Assembly (NCBI GenBank): GCA_963729835.1
Contig: CAVSQF010000023.1
Location: 155,739-219,738, forward strand
Reading direction: 5' to 3'
From: an uncultured delta proteobacterium
Lineage (GTDB): Bacteria > Desulfobacterota > Binatia > HRBIN30
Length of the DNA: 64,000 nt
Below are positions 9,433 through 16,507 of the stretch, piece by piece; positions within the stretch are counted from its first letter, which is position 1; the number at the start of each line of letters is the position of its first letter. Position numbers and translations under genes: made by a program. The notes below the pieces were generated by a model. The model was given only the letters and a program-made list of their open reading frames with translations. It was not told the DNA's origin and did not search any database.

Positions 9433-9660
9433 TCATCGCCCGAGCTTCTGGTGCACGCGCGCCTTGACCAACCGCACGAAATGCTCAATCCGCTCGAATT
9501 CGTCGAGCTCTGCGCGTTCCTCCGCGCTCAGCGCCTGGTCGCAGTGCCTCGCGAGGAGCGTCTCGATGCGCGCTTGCATCGCCGCCGGTGGGTAGAAGGC
9601 AAGGAAGCGTTGCGCGATGGCGGGTGTGGCAAACACATCCAACAGCTCGTCGTACGCCAT
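9433..9660 (-). CDS. Small hypothetical protein, antitoxin-like helical protein
   Basis: 76 codons from MAYDELL. The C-terminal LSAEERAELDEFERIEHFVRLVKARV resembles small proteins often found next to TA toxins. Recognition is weak. Confidence 0.4.
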   Translation of the reverse strand: MAYDELLDVFATPAIAQRFLAFYPPAAMQARIETLLARHCDQALSAEERAELDEFERIEHFVRLVKARVHQKLGR

Positions 9661-9814
9661 CGCTTGATTTCTAGCACAGTCGAGTGCCGGCGACCAGAAG
9701 ATCGGCGCGCCGGACTGCTGGTGCACGGGCGAAGTGGGAGCGGCCGATCGAGCCTGCGAGCCGGCGGCGAACGTGCGCTTGCGTCGCTGTCGGCTCTTGC
9801 AGTACGCTGTATCT

Positions 9815-10060
9815 ATGACCGCACACGGGCGGCTGGACCGAATCACGGTTGACCCAAACGTCATGCAAGGGCAAGCGTGCCTTCGGGGCTTGCGCATTCC
9901 AGTTCGGCTGGTTCTCAAGCTCTTGGCTTGCGGCAAGACCCCCGAGCAGATCCTGGCGGACTATCCCGAACTCGAGCGCGAGGATATCAGCCAGTGTGTG
10001 GCGTACGCTGCGTGGCTGGCTTGCGAACACACCTTGCAGATCCACGCCGGCGGCACGTGA
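9815..10060 (+). CDS. DUF433 domain protein (antitoxin-like HTH); no partner gene follows
   Basis: RITVDPNVMQGQACLRGLRIPVRLVLKLLACGKTPEQILADYPELEREDISQCVAYAAW is the DUF433 pattern. Confidence 0.75.
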   Translation: MTAHGRLDRITVDPNVMQGQACLRGLRIPVRLVLKLLACGKTPEQILADYPELEREDISQCVAYAAWLACEHTLQIHAGGT

Positions 10061-10227
10061 AGCACGTTGCCGGGGGTCCGAGCGAACGGCCGGTTCTCCA
10101 TTCCCGATTCCGTGTGCCGCAGCACCGCCGCGCCGAGCGGGCGATCGGTCTGGAGGCCGATTTCTGCCGGTGCTCTCCCCAGCGCCGCCGCGCGGGGCTG
10201 GGGGGGACGACCCTTGAGCCGGGCCGG

Positions 10228-10269
10228 TGCGCCTCCGAGTGAAAGTCCTGCGCCTCCGAGTGAAAGTCC
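10228..10269 (+). repeat. Perfect tandem duplication of a 21-nt unit
   Basis: TGCGCCTCCGAGTGAAAGTCC occurs twice, head to tail. Confidence 0.9.
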
Positions 10270-10298
10270 GATGTCCAGACGCGATCGCGTTTCCGCAC

Positions 10299-10882
10299 TC
10301 ATGACTGGAGCTCTTTCAACGCGGACACGATCAGAGCCGTGCGTGCCCTCGATAACTCCTCGAAGGAATCAAAGCCGTAATCTGGAAGATGGGGAATCAG
10401 GTGTCGCTTGCGGAAGGCCGGATCTCGTGTGCGAATCCACTCATCGAATATGTCAGCTCTTCGGGATCGTCCTCATTGGGTACGGGTCGCTTCAGCAGGT
10501 CCAGGTAGAGTCGGGTCTTTCGCCAGCGATAGTAGAAGTAGCGGTAGGAACCCCCCAGACCGATGAAGAGCGACGAGATTCGTTGCTGGCCGTCCAAGAC
10601 GAGGGTGATGTCCCTCATGATTCCAGCCATGCTCGCGAGCGGGTTGTGCGGAGACTCACGATCGAAGTCTCGAATGAACTGGTAGACCGGCCACTCGTCC
10701 TTGTTCTTCTGCTCCAATCGCCAGTATAGGAAGGTGCCGATCGGGAAGTCGGCCATGATCGAGTCGAACAGACGCTCAATGCGGTCGGTGCCCCACACCA
10801 GCTCCCGCTGAATGGCCGGAAGGTAGATATCTCGGTTGACCTGCCGGATGATGTCGCTGACTCGAACTGGGATGTATTCCAT
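10299..10882 (-). pseudogene. DUF262 (GmrSD N-terminal, ParB-like) gene, truncated and frameshifted
   Basis: LPAIQRELVW and LDGQQRIS motifs are present, but the ORF stops after 161 aa (10397). A shifted frame continues as PAFRKRHLIPHLPDYGFDSFEELSRARTALIVSALKELQS to a stop at about 10299. Full-length relatives are much longer and carry a DUF1524/HNH-like half. Confidence 0.7.
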
Positions 10883-10897
10883 ACAGGGCCTTCTTGC

Positions 10898-11035
10898 CTA
10901 ACGCCCGGCCCAACCTACGGGCGCTCCGGCGGCCGCCAGGTTTAGGCCACTCTTATTCCCCTGTGACTCGCGAAACGCGCGCTTGTAGGCGGACCAGTCG
11001 AAATTCGGACATACCGTCTCCGGGGCAAATCTCCC
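10898..11035 (-). pseudogene. 3' portion of the IS-interrupted cyclase-homology-like ORF
   Basis: The frame ...GR FAPETVCPNFDWSAYKRAFRESQGNKSGLNLAAAGAPVGWAGR* continues in phase from 12499 once the IS and one target-duplication copy are removed. Confidence 0.7.
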
Positions 11036-12498
11036 GGTAATGTCGGGAGTGTGGTGGAAAAAGGGGAAAGGCGTCATCATCCGGCCAGTTTCTTAACCCA
11101 AGAACAACTCCCGCGTAGCAGCGGGGGTCAGAGGATGACGCCATGGTAACAGATAGCAGGAAGGACGGACGACGGGAAACGAAAGCGGAGAGGTACGGCC
11201 CAGAGAGCATTGAACTCGGGATCCGAGAACGCGTGCGTGACGTGATCGAACGAATTGTCGAAGAGGAGGTGGAAGCGGCTCTGGGAGCCCAGCCCTCGGA
11301 GCGAGTGGGCGCTGAGCGCCACGGCTACCGTCACGGGCACCGAGAACGGAGCCTGACCACGAGCGTGGGAGCGACGACCATTGCGATGCCCCGGGCGCGA
11401 TTGCAGGAGGCGGATGGGAGCAGTAGGGAGTGGCAGAGTCGCACGGTGCGGCGCTACGAGCGGCGTACCAAGCGAGTGGACGAGGCCATCCTCGGAGTCT
11501 ACCTGAGCGGGATAAACACGCGGCGGATCAAGGGCGCGCTGGCCCCGTTGCTGCGCGGCGGCCCACTGTCGAAGGACGCGGTATCACGCTTGGTGGGGCG
11601 GTTGGCCGCCGACTTCAAGACGTGGCGCGAACGGGACCTGGCCCAGGACGATATTCGCTATCTGTTCCTGGATGGCTGGTACCCGAAAGTGCGCCTCGGA
11701 AGACGGCGGGTGAGGGTGCCGGTGCTCGTGACGCTCGGTGTGCGGGGCAATGGGCAGCGGGTGCTGCTCGACATGCAGTTGGCGGGCGACGAGAGCTCGG
11801 CGGCCTGGAGCGGCGTCATGGAGGGTCTCGTGCGGCGCCACATCGGGACCCCGGCGCTGGCGGTGATCGACGGCAACCCGGGGTTGGTGACCGCCCTGCA
11901 CGAGCAATGGCCGGGGCTGCCGATCCAGCGCTGCACCGTGCACAAGTTGCGGAACCTCGAGGCCAAAGCCCCCGCGCATCTGCGCGAGGAACTTGCCGAG
12001 GACTACCGCCGGATGATCTACGGGAAGGACCGCGAAGCGATTGATACGGCACGCGCCGCGTTCCGCAAGAAGTGGCAGCGGTGTTGTCCCAACGTCGTGA
12101 CGAGCCTGGAGGAGGCCGGAGAGGACCTGTTCACCTTTACCGCCTTCCCCCCCTCCCAGTGGAAGGCGCTGCGCACCAGCAACGCGCTGGAGCGCATCAA
12201 CGGCGAGTTTCGTCGCCGCACGAAGACGCAGGCGAGCCTGCCCAGTCAGGACGCCGTGCTTTTGCTGCTCTTCGGTCTGCTGCACAGCGGGCGCATCACG
12301 CTGCGACGTCTGGACGGGTGGAAGGACATGCCTGCGGCGCCGGCGCGGGAAGTACCTAAACGGCACTCTCATCATACTACTAATACATACTCTTGTACAT
12401 CTACTGATAAGAAAGCTGCATAAGAGAGGAGCAGTGGTTCATTGTTTAGCCGCCGAATGAACGCTCGATCGTTTTTCCACCACTTGACCGACACCACC
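11036..12498 (+). mobile_element. IS256-family insertion sequence, 1463 bp, with an 8-bp target site duplication
   Basis: Terminal inverted repeats GGTAATGTCGGGAGTGTGGTGGAAAAA (11036-11062) and the reverse complement of 12472-12498, GGTGGTGTCGGTCAAGTGGTGGAAAAA, match at 21 of 27 positions. The direct repeat AATCTCCC lies at 11028-11035 and 12499-12506. A single transposase ORF is inside. Confidence 0.9.
11143..12423 (+). CDS. IS256-family (Mutator-type) transposase
   Basis: DEAILGVYLSGINTRRIKGAL, IRYLFLDGWY, VLVTLGVRGNGQR, AVIDGNPGL, QRCTVHKLRNL and FPPSQWKALRTSNALERINGEFRRRTK are hallmark IS256 transposase blocks. Confidence 0.92.
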   Translation: MVTDSRKDGRRETKAERYGPESIELGIRERVRDVIERIVEEEVEAALGAQPSERVGAERHGYRHGHRERSLTTSVGATTIAMPRARLQEADGSSREWQSRTVRRYERRTKRVDEAILGVYLSGINTRRIKGALAPLLRGGPLSKDAVSRLVGRLAADFKTWRERDLAQDDIRYLFLDGWYPKVRLGRRRVRVPVLVTLGVRGNGQRVLLDMQLAGDESSAAWSGVMEGLVRRHIGTPALAVIDGNPGLVTALHEQWPGLPIQRCTVHKLRNLEAKAPAHLREELAEDYRRMIYGKDREAIDTARAAFRKKWQRCCPNVVTSLEEAGEDLFTFTAFPPSQWKALRTSNALERINGEFRRRTKTQASLPSQDAVLLLLFGLLHSGRITLRRLDGWKDMPAAPAREVPKRHSHHTTNTYSCTSTDKKAA

Positions 12499-13196
12499 AA
12501 TCTCCCTACCTCCAATCCCTGCAGCAACTGGGGGTAGCGCTGACGAAGGAGCTCCCATGTTGATAGGTACTTCATCCTGATAGCCGGCTCGGGGTGCCGC
12601 ATCTGCTCGTAAACGTCATAAAGGTACTGAAGGTCCCACAGGAGATCGGTGAATTCCTCCTCCAGTGGCGGCGCGGGAAGCATGCCGCCAGTGAGCCGCT
12701 GCAACCGCTCCAACGGTTGGTTGAGGTAGACAAAACTGACACCGCTGTCGTAGGGCGTCGTTGGAAAAATCTTATTGTACCCGTTGCAGATATCATCCAT
12801 AAAGAGGCCGACGGCCTGGATAGCTCTTTCGCGGCGATAGGCGTCAACCAGTGCCCTTCCGTAGAAGGACTCTACGTGTGCCCTCCGGCGATGCGCGAAC
12901 GGCCCGTACGTCAGAAATGCCCTGAAGTAAATGTTGCTGCCCACCAGCCGATACTGCAAGTCCTGAGCGAACTCGCAGGAGTACATCACGAGGTAGCTAT
13001 GGTCCTCCGGCGAGCGCGGGTCTGCTTTGTTGTAGACCACGATGGTGTCAGAGAATACCAGAGTGGTGAAGGCCTCGTGCTGGTGGACGTTGAGTGTATC
13101 GATCACATCGTAGAGACGCTCGATCTTCAAGGGATGGTTCTCGACTAGGTCGGAGAAGCCGAGGATGTCGATATAGAGCAGAAATCGGTCACTCAA
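12499..13196 (-). pseudogene. 5' portion (233 codons) of an ORF with class III nucleotidyl-cyclase-like motifs, interrupted by the IS256 element
   Basis: TTG 13196 lies 5 nt after AGGGAGA. Motifs appear in cyclase order: LLYIDILGFSDLV, LVFSDTIVVY, FRAFLTYGPF, FYGRALVDAYRRE. The track ORF 12372..13346 is a chimera whose last 42 codons are IS-encoded. Confidence 0.6.
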
Positions 13197-13377
13197 TGTC
13201 GTCTCCCTGAGCGTCCGCTTGTCTAGCCCACATGAATTCGCCGGTCTCCGTAACACAGCCGACGTTGCATGCGCCGCTATGTAACACGGGCGGGGCTTAC
13301 GTCCCCAGCGGCTGGCGCGCGCGAAACCGATCGGCCCATCGTCCACGCCGCAGCAGACCGAAGACGCGCGGATGATG

Positions 13378-13785
13378 TCAGACGGTCCAGTCGGCCGTCG
13401 TCAGCCCCTCCACCGAACCGAAGTCGCTATCACGGGTCACCAGGGTGGCGCCGAGGACCGTAGCCGTGGCAGCAATCCAGAGATCGTTTTCATCCAACGC
13501 GAGGCCTTGCTGCTCGCGAGAGCGTTTGATCTTCGCGTAGGCGTCTCCGGCGGACTCGGGTATGGACTCGCAGGCAATGCTGGCGAAGAGCGGCACGGTC
13601 TGCTTCGTCAGACTCTCGCGCCGACGGCCTTGTGGCAGACGGGCGAGCCCGTAGACGATTTCGCCCGGAACGATTGGGCAGATCACCAGCTTGTCACTGG
13701 CAGTGAGCGCGGCAAGCCGCTGTTCAACCCGCGGGTGCTTGCGCATGAGGTCGGAGAATGCGGTTGAATCGAGGAGGAAGATCAT
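13378..13785 (-). CDS. vapC: VapC-family PIN-domain toxin
   Basis: MIFLLDSTAF ... PGEIVYG ... ENDLWIAATATVLGATLVTRDSDF carries the PIN acidic residues. It overlaps the upstream antitoxin by 4 nt. Confidence 0.85.
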   Translation of the reverse strand: MIFLLDSTAFSDLMRKHPRVEQRLAALTASDKLVICPIVPGEIVYGLARLPQGRRRESLTKQTVPLFASIACESIPESAGDAYAKIKRSREQQGLALDENDLWIAATATVLGATLVTRDSDFGSVEGLTTADWTV

Positions 13786-14060
13786 TTCCCCGTTCCACGC
13801 AGGTCAGTATCGAACAACCCGTGGGAGCCTGTCGGCAGTTTGCCTCCCTCGATCATGCGCTCCAATTCGTCGACGTCGCCCGCTTTGAGAGCCGGCAGGG
13901 CACGCATCGCCTGCAGGACCGCCAATGGCGATCCCACGGCCGCTTCCTGCACCGGTCGAATGGTCACCTCGACTGCACCGCGAATCCCAGACAACGGCTC
14001 ATCGAGCTCGATGTGGCTCGGATCATTCAGTTTTCCGCGAACGACGACGGCTGGTTCCAT
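13782..14060 (-). CDS. VapB-like antitoxin partner of the adjacent PIN toxin
   Basis: A 92-aa ORF that overlaps the vapC start. Assignment rests on position and size rather than on a recognised fold. Confidence 0.6.
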   Translation of the reverse strand: MEPAVVVRGKLNDPSHIELDEPLSGIRGAVEVTIRPVQEAAVGSPLAVLQAMRALPALKAGDVDELERMIEGGKLPTGSHGLFDTDLRGTGK

Positions 14061-14131
14061 GGCACACCTCCGCGCTCCTGATGACCTGCCTGATCATACC
14101 TGCCCGCCCTCCCATTTTCGAGCGCGACGAT

Positions 14132-14197
14132 CGTCACGCACCGCGACCAGACCAATCCCGGCGATGCCGGCGGTGGTCTCGCCGCCCGGGCGCTGGA
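14132..14197 (-). pseudogene. Fragment homologous to the 3' third of the SnoaL-like gene
   Basis: 61 of 66 nt are identical to 8977-9042, in the same orientation. It translates as QRPGGETTAGIAGIGLVAVRDDR versus QHPGGETTVGIDGMDLVAVRDGR. Confidence 0.8.
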
Positions 14198-14300
14198 GGC
14201 CGGGCACTTTATCTTCCTGAGAAGGGGGTCTAAAGTAAAAAGGCGGCGTGATTTCGAGGAACGAGATCGTGTCCGGCCCCCACCTAGCGAGGTGAAAACC

Positions 14301-15629
14301 ATGGCGAAAGATACGTTGACCATCATCGATAACCGGAGCGGAAAATCGTATGAGGTCCCGATCGAGAGCGGCGCCATCCGCACGGCGGATCTGCGTCAGA
14401 TCAAGGCGTCGGACTCGGATTCCGGCCTCGTCGGCTACGACCCGGCGCTGACCAACACGGCCACATGCAAGAGCCGGATCACGTACATTGACGGTGCCAA
14501 GGGCATCCTGGAGTACCGCGGATATCCGATCGAGGAACTCGCCGAGAAGAGCAATTACCTGGAGACCGCCTACCTGATCGTGAAAGGTGAGCTGCCGGAC
14601 CAGAAGCATTTCGCAATGTGGAAACACAACGTCACGATGCACTCGATGGTTCACGAGAACATCAAGAAGTTCATGGATGGGTTCCGGTACGATGCCCACC
14701 CGATGGGCATACTCGTGAGTACCGTCGGCGCGCTGTCGACCTTTTATCCCGACGCCAAGAACGTCAACGACCTGGAGTCCCGCCGTCTGCAGACGCGGCG
14801 GCTCATCGGCAAACTCCCCACGCTCACGGCATTCGCCTACCGCCGTACCCTCGGGCTTCCCTACGTCTATCCGGACAACGATCTCAGCTACGCGGGGAAT
14901 TTCCTGTCGATGCTGTTCAGAATGACCGAGATCAAGTACCAGCCGAACCACGTGCTCGAGCGGGCCCTTGATGTGTTGTTCATTCTGCAGGCGGATCACG
15001 AACAGAACTGTTCGACCAACGCGCTACGCTCGGTTGCCAGCTCGCAGGTCGACCCGTACTCAGCGGTGGCCGCCGCGATCGCGGCGCTGTACGGCCCGTT
15101 GCACGGGGGCGCCAACGAAGCCGTCATTCGCATGCTGATGGAGATCGGCTCGCCCAGCAAGGTGCCCGAAGCCATCAAGAAGTTCAAAGCCGGCGAAGGG
15201 CGCTTGATGGGCTTCGGACATCGCGTGTACAAGAACTACGACCCGCGCGCGCGCCTTGCGAAGCAGCTCGCCTATGAGGTCTTTGAAGTGACGCGCCGCA
15301 ACCCGCTGCTCGATATCGCCGTGGAGCTCGAACGCATCGCGCTGGAGGATGAGTACTTCGTGTCCCGCAAGCTCTACCCGAACGTCGATTTCTACACCGG
15401 CATCATCTACCAGGCGATGGGCTTCCCGGTGACCATGTTCCCGGCGCTCTTTGCCATCCCGCGCACCTCGGGCTGGATGGCGCAGTGGGCGGAGTTGGTG
15501 CGCGATGCGGAACAGAAGATCAGCCGGCCGCGTCAGCTCTACGTCGGGGAACGCTCACGCCGCTTTCTGCCGATTGCCCAACGTCCGGAGCCGACGATGC
15601 GCGAGGATGCGGTGAGCGCCAAGATCTGA
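14301..15629 (+). CDS. gltA: Citrate synthase
   Basis: GFGHRVYKNYDPRA, LFILQADHEQNCST and the length fit. ATG 14301 lies 5 nt after GAGGTGA. Confidence 0.93.
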   Translation: MAKDTLTIIDNRSGKSYEVPIESGAIRTADLRQIKASDSDSGLVGYDPALTNTATCKSRITYIDGAKGILEYRGYPIEELAEKSNYLETAYLIVKGELPDQKHFAMWKHNVTMHSMVHENIKKFMDGFRYDAHPMGILVSTVGALSTFYPDAKNVNDLESRRLQTRRLIGKLPTLTAFAYRRTLGLPYVYPDNDLSYAGNFLSMLFRMTEIKYQPNHVLERALDVLFILQADHEQNCSTNALRSVASSQVDPYSAVAAAIAALYGPLHGGANEAVIRMLMEIGSPSKVPEAIKKFKAGEGRLMGFGHRVYKNYDPRARLAKQLAYEVFEVTRRNPLLDIAVELERIALEDEYFVSRKLYPNVDFYTGIIYQAMGFPVTMFPALFAIPRTSGWMAQWAELVRDAEQKISRPRQLYVGERSRRFLPIAQRPEPTMREDAVSAKI

Positions 15630-15705
15630 TTGTCGATTTTTTGACTTGTCATTTTTGATTGCCCCTCCCCGTTCCCCAAATCAAGAATTGCAAATCGAAA
15701 TGTGA

Positions 15706-16386
15706 CTAGAGGACCAGCAGCGGGAAGTAGCGGAGGCTTTCCAGGACGACGTCCGCTTCGCTGAAATCCTGATCGGCGGTCCACCGATTCGGCACCGCGA
15801 CGCAAGCCATGCCGGCGCGTGTGGCCGCGCGCACGCCCGCTTCGGAGTCTTCGATCGCCAGGCAGGTGGCGGGCGCAGCACCGAGACGCACGGCGGTCGC
15901 GAGGTATACGTCGGGCGCCGGCTTGCTGTGGCGCACCTGGGGATCTTCTCCCGAAACTCTCACCGCAAACATTTCACCGAGTGTCAGCGCTGCAAGGAGC
16001 GCGTCGATGATCGCCGGCGTCGACGATGACGCGATGGCGAGCCGTATCCCTGCGCCGGGCAACCGTCGCGCCAGGTCAACCGCCTCATCGATCGCCGGGA
16101 CTCCGGCGTCGATCTCCTGCAAGCGCGCCCGCGTGTGGGCCGCCAGCAGCTCCGTCACCGGCGTCTGCAACGCGTAGCGCTGCCGCCAGTCAGTCCAGGT
16201 CGCCAGCTCGCCGAGGCCGATGTAGCGGCGGTACTCGGCTTCGCCGATCGTCTTCCCAAAGCGTGCCAGCACCCGGTTCGCCGCGCGGAAGTGCAGTGGT
16301 TCGGAGTCGACCAGCACGCCGTCGAGATCGAAAACGACGGCGGTGATGTCGTGCACGCGGGGCACCGGCCGGATCTTCTTGCGCAT
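15706..16386 (-). CDS. HAD-superfamily hydrolase (subfamily IA, beta-phosphoglucomutase-like)
   Basis: AVVFDLDGVLVDSEPLH (DxDG motif I), IASSS (motif II), CLAIEDSEAGVRAA (motif III/IV). Confidence 0.8.
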   Translation of the reverse strand: MRKKIRPVPRVHDITAVVFDLDGVLVDSEPLHFRAANRVLARFGKTIGEAEYRRYIGLGELATWTDWRQRYALQTPVTELLAAHTRARLQEIDAGVPAIDEAVDLARRLPGAGIRLAIASSSTPAIIDALLAALTLGEMFAVRVSGEDPQVRHSKPAPDVYLATAVRLGAAPATCLAIEDSEAGVRAATRAGMACVAVPNRWTADQDFSEADVVLESLRYFPLLVL

Positions 16387-16507
16387 GGCGTGCGTGCCGG
16401 CCTGCGTTCCAGCGTCTATGCGGCTGGATGGCATCGTGCTTCCAGTCATCGCGCCCTCAACTCACTGGCATTGCGGCGAGTCCGCTCCCGTCAAGTCGCT
16501 GCCACGC

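Noticed and set aside
14094-14999. 301-aa minus-strand ORF
   Set aside because: It is antisense to citrate synthase. Only its last roughly 25 codons (the SnoaL-like fragment at 14132-14197) carry a real homology signal, which is reported separately.
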